A stretch of DNA of 64,000 nucleotides from positions 24,738,001-24,802,000 of the forward strand of contig NC_087453.1 in the NCBI RefSeq assembly GCF_036321535.1. Reading direction: 5' to 3'. The notes under the pieces were generated by a model, which saw only the letters and a program-made list of their open reading frames with translations, made no database searches and was not told where the DNA came from. Shown here one piece after another: positions 1 through 12,620 of the stretch. A program made the position numbers and the translations under genes. The first letter of the stretch is position 1, and every line of letters begins with the position of its first letter. This stretch comes from Camelus dromedarius. Lineage: Eukaryota.

Positions 1-606
1 GCCTTAGAGGCAGTCCCTGGAGATTTCACCTTGCCCTATTGGGACTCTCCGAGTCTGGGGTGGGGGTAACAGTCTACTCTAGGGGGAGGTGCTTGGGTAA
101 TGACAAAGGGTACTGTGAGCTGAAGGTGGAGGTCTTCAGGAGCTTTCCCTTAAACAGTCACTGAATCAGTTGCCCCTCTCCTCCCACATCAGCTGCCCTC
201 CCCCCATCAGCCCCAAGCTCCTGCTGCCAGACCAGGCGCTGAGACAGCTATGGTCAACCTTGGTCATCCTCCCAGAAGCCATCTCCCATGACAAGGAGAG
301 GTCTTAAGACCTGCCCCTCCAGCTCCTCCAGACCTTCCTAATTCTGATTTTGCTGTGGCCTGCGCCCTCCAGTGTTAAGGGAGGGCTGTACTTGCCGCAG
401 CTGTTGGTTACAGCACCTGAGATTACCCCATTCGACTTCTTTGGACCCTTTGGAGTTCAGCTTTGCCCTCTCAGTTAGGAATGGAGCAGGAGTTTTAGGA
501 GTACTGGCTGCTCCAGATGTTCATGGAGGGCGCTGGCAGGGGGACAGGGGTTGATGGCGGTGGGTGAGGCACTTCCTTCTAACCTCGCTGTCCCCCCAAC
601 ACCCAG

Positions 607-3292
607 CCCGAGAGCAGCTTCGAAGGTCCCGCCACAGCCGCACATTCCTGGTGGAGTCGGGAGTTGGAGAGCTGTGGGCAGAGATGCAAGCAGGTGCGGG
701 GAGGGGAGGTGGAGGGATATTCCCTGGGCTCTGTTGGACACTGTACGCCTGGGTGAGGGGGAGGGAACATTCCAGAAGTCAGCTCCAGTCCCGAGAAACC
801 CTGCCCCTTCCAACTCCATCATTTGTACCTAACCTGGTAGTTCCCTCACAGTCACCTGCACCCCCACCCCACCCACGCAATCCTCTGGGGATTCTCAGTG
901 GATAAAATTACAGAACCCTGGAACCATTTCCCCCAACACCTTGTGCCCCTACATCACTCCCCACGGCCCTGCAGATACGGCTGGGGGCCTGGGGCAGGGC
1001 TGAAGGCTGGGTGGGTCTGGAGGGGGTGCAGAGGTGAGCGTGGAAGGTGCTCACTCTCCCTGCCGCAGGAGACCGCTATGTGGTGGCAGACTGTGGGGGA
1101 GGCACGGTGGACCTGACCGTGCACCAGCTGGAGCAGCCCCATGGTACCCTCAAGGAGCTCTACAAGGCATCTGGTGAGTAGCCAGGCAGCGCCCTTGGTA
1201 CCCAGCGCGCCCTGGCCCCGCCACCGCCCCCTGGCGGCGGAGTTGGCACTGACGCCCCTTTCATCCCCTGCCCCACCCCAGGCGGCCCCTGTGGCGCGGT
1301 GGGCGTGGACCTGGCCTTTGAGCAGCTGCTGGGCCGCATTTTCGGCGAGGACTTCATCGTCACCTTCAAAAGGCAACGCCCAGCAGCATGGGTGGATCTG
1401 ACTATAGCTTTTGAGGCTCGCAAAAGAACGGCAGGCCCACACCGTGCGGCAGCACTGAACATCTCACTGCCCTTCTCCTTTATTGACTTCTACCGCAAGC
1501 AGCGAGGCCAAAACGTGGAGACTGCCCTGCGCAGGAGCAGGTGGGCCGCGGGACCACCCCTACAGGGGAAGGTGTGGGCCCCAGGGGACAGTAGGGTGTC
1601 TTCCTGATGTGCCCCCACGCACACATGCCAGCCCTGGTGGAGGCAGGGGGAGGGTCATGAGTACATCGGCAGCCCAAACTGGCACAAGAGAATCTTGAGC
1701 CCCGCGGGAAAGGCCGACATCTATCTCCCCTGGGACCAATGCCTGGAACTGGAGCAGACCTGCATCTAAAGCCCCTGAGAGAGGTTGGCGTAACACATAA
1801 TGTGCAGTCAGTGCCCGAGTACACTGGCCTGGAACAGGGTTAGAACCTGGGACCCTGACCCTGATCCTGACCCTGTTTCCTTCACCACCTACAGCGTGAA
1901 TTCCGTTAAGTGGTCCTCACAGGGGATGCTCCGGATGTCTTCTGAGGCCATGAACGAGCTCTTTCAGCCTACAGTCAGCGGGATCATCCAGCACATAGGT
2001 GAGCGCCTGAGCTTAGGTCCTCCATTCACCTCAATATACACAACCAGATGCAGGAATAATTCTCCCTATTAGTGCCTGGAATCCTCCCCATATCCATACA
2101 CTGGAAGGAGACCCAGAGTCATCTGGAACACGTGGAGGATGCAGTACGGTAGGGAATAAGCTAGGAGAGAGGGTCTGTAATCTTGCCAAGTTAAAGAACC
2201 TCTGATGCCTCAATTTCCCTAAGTGGGGTGATAGTATTAGGTTCCCCAAACTGTCATCACAGGGATTTAAACGAGCTGAAGTATCTACAGAGTGAGTGCA
2301 ATGTCTTGCATGCAGTAAGCTTTTAATATGTGTACATGCAGATCCTTATCTCAAACTTCCACTCTGTGATGGGAAAGCAGGGAAGAGTGCTGGGGAAGCA
2401 GAGCCCTTGAGGATTCCCAGGGGCCCTCAGGAAAGTGCTGTTTTTTCATCAGAACCAGGCTACTGTTTTATAGTGAAATGGCTAGTTTCTAGTTGCCCGG
2501 AGAGACAGAGGGGAGGTGCCAGTGGCCGTGTAGTGGTGGCCTCAGCGGCTCAACGGCTCTGGCTCTTAACGCACCTTCTCTCCCCGCCACTCTCTTTCTG
2601 CCCCCCCCCCCCGCCCTCCTTCTCTTTACCCCCATCTCCACCCCTGTCCCGCAGAGGCGGTGCTGGCTCGCCCCGAGGTGCAGGGCGTGAAGCTGCTGTT
2701 CCTGGTGGGCGGCTTCGCCGAGTCGGCGGTGCTGCAGCACGCGGTGCAGGCAGCGCTGGGCGCCCGCGGCCTGCGCGTGGTGGTTCCGCACGACGTGGGC
2801 CTCACCATCCTCAAGGGCGCGGTGCTCTTCGGGCAGGCGCCGGGCGTGGTGCGGGTGCGCCGCTCGCCGCTCACCTACGGCGTGGGCGTGCTCAACCGCT
2901 TTGTGGCTGGGCGCCACCCGCCCGACAAGCTGCTGGTCCGCGACGGCCGCCGCTGGTGCACCGATGTCTTCGAGCGCTTCGTGGCCGCTGAGCAGTCGGT
3001 GGCCCTGGGCGAGGAGGTGCGGCGCAGCTACTGCCCCGCGCGCCCGGGCCAGCGGCGCGTGCTCATCAACCTGTACTGCTGCGCCGCCGACGACGCGCTC
3101 TTCATCACCGACCCAGGCGTTCGCAAGTGCGGCGCGCTCAGTCTGGAGCTCGAGCCCGCCGGGGACACACCCCCGGGTCGCCGCGAGATCCGCGCCGCCA
3201 TGCAGTTTGGCGACACTGAGATTAAGGTCACTGCCGTCGACGTCAGCACCAATCGCTCAGTGCGCGCCGCCATCGACTTCCTTTCCAATTGA
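607..3292 (+). CDS. HSPA12B: Heat shock protein family A (Hsp70) member 12B, last five coding exons (5' part lies outside the window)
   Basis: Exons 607-693 ([28 protein letters not shown]), 1069-1173 ([19 protein letters not shown]), 1282-1540, 1895-1998 and 2655-3292 (ends IDFLSN, TGA at 3290-3292). All have AG/GT boundaries with compatible phases and match the remembered HSPA12B C-terminal half. Confidence 0.97.
2190..2335 (+). mobile_element. MIR SINE fragment
   Basis: Similar to the MIR core (cctcaatttccct...aaacgagctgaa...agtaagcttttaat). Confidence 0.6.
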
Positions 3293-3420
3293 GGGCGCAA
3301 GGGCACAGTGCCAGCCCCTCTTGGCCCAGCCGCGCCCTCTTTCGTGCCCGAGCACTAGGGAGCCGGCTGGGGAGGACGAACCCGCCCCGTTCCCCGCAGT
3401 CCTGCCCCTGGAGATGAGGT
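2600..3420. promoter_or_regulatory. Intragenic CpG island over the last exon of HSPA12B
   Basis: Very high GC content and CpG density by inspection; boundaries approximate. Confidence 0.75.
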
Positions 3421-4130
3421 CGCAGGAGGATGGAGGGGACACATCCGGAAACTCTGGCTTTGGGGATTGGGCCCTGGTCCGCTGACTGGAAGGCTGAAGG
3501 ACCCAAGACTTAGAAGAGGTGTGTAAGGTGGCGTGCCCACAGGGAGCACGTGATCCTGAAAGCAGAATGCACCAGAAGACTGGAGCCCTCTTCAGAACTG
3601 GGGGACGGGCTGGGAGTGGGGCGGGGGTTCGGGGGTTGGAGGCAGCTAGGAGAAGCTGAGCAAGGCAGCTGCAGGTGGGGCAGCAGGATGAAGAGGTTGT
3701 GCAGGGCTAGGCCTGAAGGCAGAGTGCACCGACTGATGGGCTAAGCCTACAGAGGGAGCCGGGTAGGAAAAGGACTGGAGCTGCCACGAGGGACAGGGGT
3801 GGTAGGACCTCCCTGGGTGTGGTGCTGACCACCCAAGTGTGAATGCTAATTGTAGAAAGGGCGGTAGCAAGCTAGTGAGAAGAGTACAGGGAGAAGGCAC
3901 TTATGAGGGGATATGGGGGCATATGTTGGGGTGGGGCTTTCCTTTCTATCTGAAAAGGCCCCAAGAGCAGCCTGTGAATGATCCGCTTGCACCCTATCCA
4001 GCCACACCAGGTGAAGAGGGTAGGGAGGAGAGGGAGCACTGAGGGCTGGTCCCAGCTCTGCCATCAACTCAGTGTACCTGCCCAACCATGACATGCAACA
4101 GCCCTACCTGCCCGAGAACCCTAATGTGAC

Positions 4131-4136
4131 AATAAA
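4131..4136 (+). terminator. HSPA12B: Polyadenylation signal of HSPA12B (AATAAA)
   Basis: First canonical AATAAA seen about 840 nt after the stop codon. Confidence 0.7.
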
Positions 4137-4580
4137 GCATTTATGCTCCAGGTGAAGCCATGGCTTCCTGGTACCTCACAAAAGCGGTACTTCAAATAGT
4201 GGACCAGTGGCGGGGGTGGGGGATGGGCCTGGGTCCTACAAAGAAGAGAAAGTTTTCAGCTGTGCATGGGGTTGGGAACTGACCAGGAGCAGTTGCTGCT
4301 CCTCCCTGTCAAGTACCCCAAACTGAACACCCCACTCTGTAACCTCAGCAGAAGGCCCCTCTGCATCCAAACTCTTTCTTGGCAATTATTCCCAGACCTA
4401 AAATGCTGCCACCCATGCATATTTCCTTCAGGACTGGGTGCTCTAATACCATGAAGTGACCTTATCTCCGAAAAGAATGAGTTTAGCCAAAACTGTTCCT
4501 TGGCCCATCTGCAAAGGATTGGGTATTCTCAGGGCCCTGGAGAACAAAAATCTCACTGGCCTTTGGTATCCACTGAAAGT

Positions 4581-4586
4581 TTTATT
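4581..4586 (-). terminator. ADISSP: Polyadenylation signal of ADISSP (AATAAA on the minus strand)
   Basis: TTTATT on the plus strand, about 530 nt past the stop codon. Confidence 0.7.
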
Positions 4587-5117
4587 TCTTTAGGGTTTTA
4601 TCCCAACCAGTTGTTTAAAAACCAAATAACACAGACCTGGGGGTTAGGAGTTGGGAACTGTACCTCCCTCCTACTCACCGTGGACAACAGTGGGAAAGAG
4701 GGAGGGGACAGGAGAGGTGGCTAAAGCGAGACAGCAGCAGTGGTAACGGGGGTGGCTATGCCCCAGGGCCAGCTCCCTTCTCTCCCAGGTCCTGGCTAGA
4801 GCCCCTATGGCTTGGGGTCGGGGGTGGGTAGAACCCCCCAGGCCCCCCCATCCCTCCTCAGACAGCCTCCTTGGGGGCTCAACCCATTTCTTCTGCAGGA
4901 GACTGAGGCACACAGGATGAAGTGGGAGAGGAGGAGCAGGGAGGTGGTACAAATGAGGTGAGAAGTGTGGGTGAGGCTCCGGCTTGGAGGCCCTTGGACT
5001 CTCCACCTCCACACCCACCCCGGGGAGGGGCGAGGAAGCCACACCATCACACAGCATTCGGGGAGATAAGGTGGGGTTTAAGGCTGAGGGGCCCCGAGGC
5101 AGGTGGAGGCGCGGGCC

Positions 5118-8100
5118 TCAGTCGAAGCCGTGCCAGTCACTGTGCTCCGAGTCGTATTCGAGCTCAGCACCCACGCACTTGACACCATCCAGCAGCATGG
5201 GTGTGCCGTGGTGGCGGTCTGCAAGGCAGGTGACAAGTCAGTATGTGTGGCTGGACCCAGGCCCCGTTTACTCCAAGGGGACCCCTCTGCCTTCCACCCC
5301 ACAACCCCACTCTGCTAGGGGGCGGGGAGAAAGGCACCTACCAAGAAAGTTGGCAAAGGGCCAAGGCAAGGATCCCTCTTTCATACTCGAGGATGGAAAC
5401 CCCTTGCAGCCAGCTCGGCGCCTCCCTCCTCTAGTCAGACCCGCCTCGTGCTCTCACCCATGACGCGCGCCTGCACCGTCACACGCACGCAGGTGCCAGT
5501 GCCACCTTCGCAGGCTAGCAGCATCTCCTCCTTGAGGACGCCCTCCTTGTGCGCTGAGTACTCACACTTGACGCTGTAACCTGTCCAGGCAATCAGCACC
5601 TCTGCAGCCTGCCACTCCTGCCCCCCAGTACTCACTGACCCCTACCCACTACCTAGACTGGCCGCCTCCTCCAAAGGAGAAAGGATGGCCCAGGACCCAC
5701 CCCCAGGGCGGGGTGCACAGGTCTCTGAATTTCCCATTCTTCAATGAGCTCTACATGCCTCCACCTGCAGGCCAGGGGTCAAACCCAGGCTTCCAGGAGG
5801 CGGGATTCCCCAAAAAGGCAGGAAGGGAGGGGGGGTGATGAAGAAGGGGTGATGGGGAGGGAAAGGGCAGGGCGGGCCTTGAGCAGATCAGATGGCAAGA
5901 GGCAAAGGCCTGAGAGGGCCTGCTCAGTCCACTTAAGGGCAAGGTCGTGAGGTGGAGGTAGGGGGACATGAAACTGAAGCCCCAGCACATGGTGAAAGTG
6001 ATATCCTAGCCTTGGGGAGGAGGGGACGCTGACGCTGGCAGTGTATGGAGAAGCAGCCCCAAGCCCAAGCCCAGGTCTGGCGGATGCTTGGGAGGTAGCT
6101 GCTCAGAGTTGCTGAGTTTCTGGTAGGTTTTTCCCGAAGGGCAGCAGAGGGAGGGCTAGAGGCCCAGAGCCAGTTCCTCAGTGGCACCAGTCATCCCGCT
6201 GAGGTTAACTAACAGGCGATGAGCAGACAGGCCAACTGTATGAGCCTGTGGACTTCTGTCCAGGGAGGGAGGCCTGGAGCATGGGACCTGCCAAGTTGCC
6301 ACACTGCAAGCCCGTAAAAAGGCATCACGTCCCCCGACTGCTGAGCTGACCATCCGCCCTAGATGTGGGGAAGGACATACCCCATGCTCACACTCCTGCT
6401 CACACCCAGGCCCTGCTGGAGCAGAGCAGGCTTCCAGCACCCCGAGTAGGGGACGCACCTTCNNNNNNNNNNNNNNNNNNNNNNNNNNNNNNNNNNNNNN
6501 NNNNNNNNNNNNNNNNNNNNNNNNNNNNNNNNNNNNNNNNNNNNNNNNNNNNNNNNNNNNNNNNNNNNNNNNNNNNNNNNNNNNNNNNNNNNNNNNNNNN
6601 NNNNNNNNNNGGCGGGGGGGAGGAGGCACCTTCACTTAGTCTCCCCCAGGCCCCGCCCAGGTTATGCCACCTGTGACCCTGTGGGCCTCTACATTGGCTT
6701 CCTTGACAATCCCAGGGGAGCCTGACTCCCTCCATCACTCTAGCCAGTCCACAGCCCCAGCCTGGTAGCTCCAGGCCCTTTCTCTAAGGATCCCATCCCT
6801 ACAGCTTGGCCAGCACACTCCTCAGCATCTGTCTCATGGGCCTCAAAGGTCCTCAGTGGCCCGTTATATAGATGATGAGATGGAAGCCAGGAAATGACTG
6901 GCTGAAGGCCAGAGTGGCCACGGTATAAGTCCTCCCTGGACTTCTTGGCTACTCCTGCCACATGTGGCCCACAGCAAGGCACCAGCCTCTGCCCACAGGG
7001 GAGGCTCAAAGCTCCATAACACAGGCCACCCACCTGCCACCACCACCACCGGCACGTGCCCAGAGTCAATAGCCCAGGGTCAGGGATGCTGGTCCTCTAG
7101 TCACTCACGTGGGGCCACCAGGCAATACAGATAGCACAAGATGGAGGATGGGAATTAGAAACACAGACGCTAGACCAGCTGTGTAAGTCCAGAGCTGACC
7201 CACAAGCCTGGCACCAGCCATGGGACTGAGGCTGCTGCCTGCCCCGCTGGCACGTGAACATGGATGCCTGCCTGCCCACTCAGAGGCTCACTCTGCCCAA
7301 CAGCCCTGATTCAAGGCCTGAGCAATTTCTGTTGTTCATACACAGATCTTGGCATCCGATGTCCTCTGGGACAGATGCCATCCTTGGAAACTCCAGTCGT
7401 GTGAAGGGTCACAAGCCAGGGTAGCTGCTGAGCGAGTAGGCTGCCTGGATGCCAGTCCAGGAGGTGCAGGGGTGCGTGCTGGACCCACAGCTCATGTGTG
7501 CACATGCTCTCTTGCTCAGTTGTAGGAACTGGATGGCCCTGTCCCTGGGGGAACATTTAGCCTTTCAATGGGATCAGGATGATACGACTGCACAATACAG
7601 CTCAGTCCCTGTGGCCCCCACACTCTGCTGCTGGAGGGCACACCTCTCAAGAGGGCTTTCTGGCTGTACCTGCCAATGGTAATCTTGTAATACAGTGCAT
7701 CACCTGCAGAATTTTCCAAGGGAAATACTCAGAGATGTGGAAAAAATACTCATCACGACCATATTTATAACAGTACAAAAGAGAAACAACACCAGGAATA
7801 GGGAACCAGCTAAATTGATGATACATATAATGGAATACAAGGCGATTGTAAAATCTTGTGGGGAATTATTTGCTGACACAGGCAGGAGGTGGTTCACAAC
7901 AGAAGCAAGTAAAAAACAGTGTGTACACTGTGATATCAGCTTTTTGGTTTTGGAAACAAAGCTAAAAAAGAAACTGGAATGACACATATCAAAATATTAA
8001 CCGTGGTTATTTCTGAATAGAATGATTGCAGGTACTTTTAAATTTCTTTATAATTTTCTCTGTCTTCCAATTTTTCTCTAGTGGACATGAATGGATTTTG

Positions 8101-10534
8101 CAATGGGAGGCGGGAAGCTATTTTTGAAAGTTTGGGTTCATTCTGTTTATTCCCTTGGGAAAGTTGTCAGCTGCAGGAGGAAGAGCAAGGGTTTTAGACT
8201 TGGGCAGAGATGGGCATGAATCTGGGCCCATCCTCAGGGTGGTCTCAATAAACTGGATGCCACTCCCCCCCCCCCATGCCCTTCAAGGCTCAACTCTGAA
8301 GCCCTGGTTTATTGTCCAACTTGAGGGCCTCACTCCCTGTTTTCCCCCCAATCCATCCCCTCCAAAGACTTCCTCCTGCCCCTCCCCCAAATGGATTTGG
8401 GACCAAAACAGTATCCCAGCACTTGGAAGAGCCACACCAGAAGCTGGATGAGATGTGGCCACTAGGAGAGAGGGAGGGAAAACATGGCAGTGATAAATAC
8501 TCCTGCAAAGAGCTTAAATCAGTGTGGCAAAGAAGGGCACATAAAGTCACACCCAGATATCAGTGTTAATTAGCCTCACACCTGTGTGACATATAGACAT
8601 CCTTCCATTTCCAACCCTATGGGAATGTGAATGATCTCTACTTCAGAGAAGAGGAAACTCAGGTAAACTTCCCAAAGTCACAGACCCAGAACAGCAGGCC
8701 TGGACCTGAACCAGGCCTGCGACACCACAGCCCTGACACCTGCCTTCCAACTGCCGTTGTCAGAGTGATGCCGTGGATGGTAACAGCAGCTCCACTCCCA
8801 CTCAAGTAACGGTCTAAGTGCACTCATCTCATAGCAATCTCACACTTCCCATTTTACAGATGGAAAAACCAAGGCCCAGGGAAGGACAAAGATGTGTCTA
8901 TGGCACCAACTTAGAGGAAATAGCACAGGCCCAGGAAGCCAGGTAGGGCCAGGGAGGAGGAGGGGGAATGAGGCTGATGACGGGGGCTGGTGTGCACATA
9001 CCTTGACCAGAAAGCTGCTGTCGCTCTCCTGGGTGACCATGACCACGGAGTCATGCAGCTTCTCATCAAAGTGGACATGGCTCTGGGAGCCTTCTGCATC
9101 ATGGCCTGTCGCAAAGCGGATACTCCGAACTCTGGGCTTGTTGCCTACAAAGAGAGCAGGAGAGGGCTCCAGGACTGTTGCCTTCGCTGAGTCCCAGGAA
9201 ACTAGTCCACTGTGTACCCTCAACCCCTGGCCCCTGCGACTGCCCTTCACATCACCCAGCATCCACTGCTGGGCTAGGCCACATCCTTCCGGACAGTGGA
9301 CATCATGCAGCTCCAGGCTCCCACCTGCCCCTACCTGCTCAGTCTCCCCACAGAAAATGCTCATCCCGAGAGTGGGTGTGGGGGCATTCTGGGGTTAGCT
9401 AATAGGACCTTTCACTTAGAAGGAATGAGGCCGACACCAGGGACAGGAAAGGACAGTCCTCCCGACTCTCACCAAGCACCAGGTAGTGCAGGACTCAGCC
9501 CCAGTCATCGGGACACCCTGCCTGCTGCTCTCCTCCACAGTGCCAAGCTCCCTGCTCTGGGGCCTCCTCTTCCAGGTCTGTCAGTGCCTGAGGCCCCCTG
9601 CCTGCCCCTCCTGATGACCCCAACCTGGGAGGGGAGGAGGGCAGGGACAGGAACGGGCTCTCTGGGACCTGCCTGGGGGTAGGAGAAACAAGGGGGTCAA
9701 AAGCCACACTCAGCCCTCCTGGGAGAGGCTGCAGCTGCCTATATACCTCATCACTGATCACTGGCAGGTAAGAAGGAAGAACCCAGGGGAAACTCCGGGG
9801 CCCCTCCCAGAGACACTTTTCCCTCCTCTGCTTAGCCCCCCACTAAGCCCTCAGCTGTCCCCAGCTGGGACGGGTTCTCCAAGGCCAGGAAGTCAGGGAG
9901 TTCAGGTAGGCAGAGTAGTGGGAGCTGGACTGAGGGCCTGGCCCAGGGGAGGGTAGCTCAGTCTAACTGAGCTAAAAGAAGCCCATCTTGCCCAGAGCAT
10001 GATCCCAGTCCTCTCTGACTTCTGATGGGCCCTGTGACTGCCGGGGTTCTTACATACTCAGTGGAGGCCCAGGGGGCCAGCCTGGCACTTCCACATTCCC
10101 TGCTGAGCCCCCGAGACTCAGCCCTCATATCCTCAGGCTTCCCTTGCCTAAAACCCTCTATGAGCCCTCTGGACTCTGAATGAAACCCAAAGTCCTGTCC
10201 ACAGCCTCCTGTGGCCCTGCCCACCTACCAGCTTTAGTGCTCATAACAAGCACCTAGTGCTCCCCAACCCTGACAGTGGAACTTGGGAGCATTGGAGACA
10301 CACCTCCCTAGACTAGCACACCAAGGAGCCTGTGGAGGTCCCCAAGTTCCCTGCTAGGGCTTAGGTGTTCCCAGCACAAACACTAGTGTGATTACTGATG
10401 TAATTCGTACTCACACTCAGACAGGCACACACAGAGCCAATGCATTCAACAATGCCCGCTTCCACCAGGGTCTGCTGGAAGACTGCAAACCCCGCCAGGC
10501 CAGGCAGGCACTCACCCTTGTTGGCTGCAGCCAT
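5118..10534 (-). CDS. ADISSP: Adipose secreted signaling protein (C20orf27), 174 aa
   Basis: Coding exons 10534-10516 (MAAANK), 9144-9002 (NKPRVRSIRF...FLVK), about 6597-6459 (mostly N; only GAA G|GT visible, length 139 nt inferred), 5580-5458 (YSVKCEYSAHKEGVLKEE) and 5218-5118 (RHHGTPMLLDG...WHGFD, stop). Lengths sum to 525 nt = 174 aa plus stop. Confidence 0.95.
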
Positions 10535-11379
10535 GGATGCCCTCCCTGCCATGGGGTGAGACACGCAGCTCCTGCCAGACACCACCGCTCAAGCTCAGCA
10601 GCCTGCCATGCTCCAGGGACACCAGCAAGAGCCTGATGGGGGAAAGCAGGGAGGGCAGGGGTCAGGGCCACTGATGGGTCTATGACTAGGTGAGAGCAGA
10701 GGTTTCCCTTTAGGAAGGACCCAAGCAAACCCCTGCTGCGCTCAGTAGCCCAAGTGGTGCCTACGCCCCTTAGCACAGGGGGCTTCTGCTCCCTACTCCT
10801 CCACCCACTCCTCACATTCACCAAGAGTCCTCACCCCTACCTTATACCCTACTGACCCAGGGCCCAGCCAGCATGTACTGAACTCAAGTTTCTGGGTGCC
10901 AAAGCACCAGCACAGGACTCTTCTGCCCAGACCACCTGAGGCTGGTGGGAAGGGGCAGCCTACAAAGGAAGGGGACTTCTTTGGCACTTTCCAGGGGCCA
11001 GTTCTGTTGCTGGTGACTCCAGGGGCTGGCCCAGCCGAGACACACAGGCTGTACCATCCCACATCCAGAGGCCACATCATTCAGGTTGCACAGGTGGGTT
11101 CAGGTCAGAGTTAACAGTATGCTTGGAGGGGGACAAAAATCAGGGCCCACATAATATAATGTCCTTAGAGCCTTCCCTCCTGGCAATTGGTCAGGGTCAT
11201 GTACAGAACAGACAGCCCCTCCAGGGCTGTCCCCCATCGAAACCCACCATTCAGACTCCAGTCTGATTTCCTGGTGGCCTCCCAGCACAGCAACCCAAGG
11301 GCAGCCTCAGGGAAGAGGCAGTGGGAGGTGCCCCCAGGAAGCCTGTGTGAGCAGCCTGGCCTCTGATAGGCTGAGATGA

Positions 11380-12620
11380 GACAGTTTCAGCATTAAAAAG
11401 AATAATGAGTGTAACTGATGGAAACAGATGGAATTATATAAAACCAGAGCATTCATAGAGATTGCGAAAAAAGAAGAGAGAAAGCAAAACAAACAAACCT
11501 AAACCTTCATTTGTCACTACTGATGGTGGCAATGCCCTAACTCTCTATCCTGAAAATTGGCAATAAAGAGAAGTAATTCAGCCTGTCTCTTGGCCTTTCC
11601 TGTAACCAAATTGCCCTGGTGGTTAAAGGGAAGCTCTTCTTTCACAAAGAAATGACCAAATGCTAAATAATTCTGCAACCTCCAAAAAACAAATGCAGGA
11701 AGCAACACCAATCAGTGAGTGCTAAACCAGGAGGGCAAAGTTGAAGTGGATGCTCACAGATGTGCAAGTGCCACTGACAGATTACCTGGGGTTAAAGGAA
11801 ATGACACAAGTTTGCAGTGGGTGGATGTGACGTCAGCCGACTCGGACACACTGATGCCTCCTGATGTGAGGCAGCACAGAGTCACAGTGTCACTGACAAG
11901 GGAGTCCTGCCCCAAATGTCTAACCTGCATCAAACAAGCCCCTAGACCTCCAACTTCCAGCTTACTGCAAACACAGAGGCCAGTGGAACAAATTAACTGA
12001 TCCCATGAGAAGGCAAGGAGACAAGCCCAGAAGGCACGCTTATTCTACAGGACAACTGACCTAGTTTTTTTTTTTTTTTTTTTTTTTTCTCAATCTGCAA
12101 GAAGAAAAATAAAGGAGGGAAGTTGTTCTAGATAGAGGATGGGCAAACTACAGCCGGAGGGGCCACCACTGTTTTTTTGTAAAGTTTTACTGGCACACAG
12201 TGGTGCTCATTTGTTTATGTGTTGTCTAAAACTGCTTTTGCACTAAAGCAAAACTACTTCAAGTAGTTGCCACAGAGGCCACATAGCCTGCAAAGTCTAA
12301 AATATTTACTATCTGGCCCTTCGCTGTTCTAAATTAACACACAAAGAGACCAAGAAGGCAGGGTGCTCTATGGGACAGCTGACCTGGTTTTTTCCACCAG
12401 GTCAGTTGAAAGAAGAAAAATAAATGGGGTAGGGGGTTTCTAACTACCTATAAAAAGAGACATTTGGGGGATAGTTGGGAAATGTGAGTGAGTGGGACGG
12501 GATCTTAGATGACATTAAGAAACGAAAGCTGATCTAGTTAGGTGAGATAATGGAATTGGATTATATAGAAAAGTAGGTCCTTATTTGCCAGAGATACACA
12601 TTTAAGTATTTAGAGATGAG
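11380..12620 (+). mobile_element. Ancient L1 (L1MC/L1ME-type) 3' region fragments
   Basis: Typical 3'UTR motifs (ctgatgcctcctgatgtg, ttattctacaggacaactgacct, gggatcttagatgacattaag). Subfamily uncertain. Confidence 0.55.
12133..12325 (+). mobile_element. MER58A-like hAT-Charlie DNA transposon (MITE)
   Basis: ggcaaactac...gttttactggcacacag...gcctgcaaagtctaaaatatttactatctggccct matches the remembered MER58A consensus. 8-bp TSD GTTCTAGA (12125-12132) / GTTCTAAA (12326-12333). Confidence 0.8.

Noticed and set aside
2296-3485. Overlapping 231-aa and 194-aa ORFs over the last HSPA12B exon
   Set aside because: Shadow frames of a GC-rich exon with no recognisable protein features.
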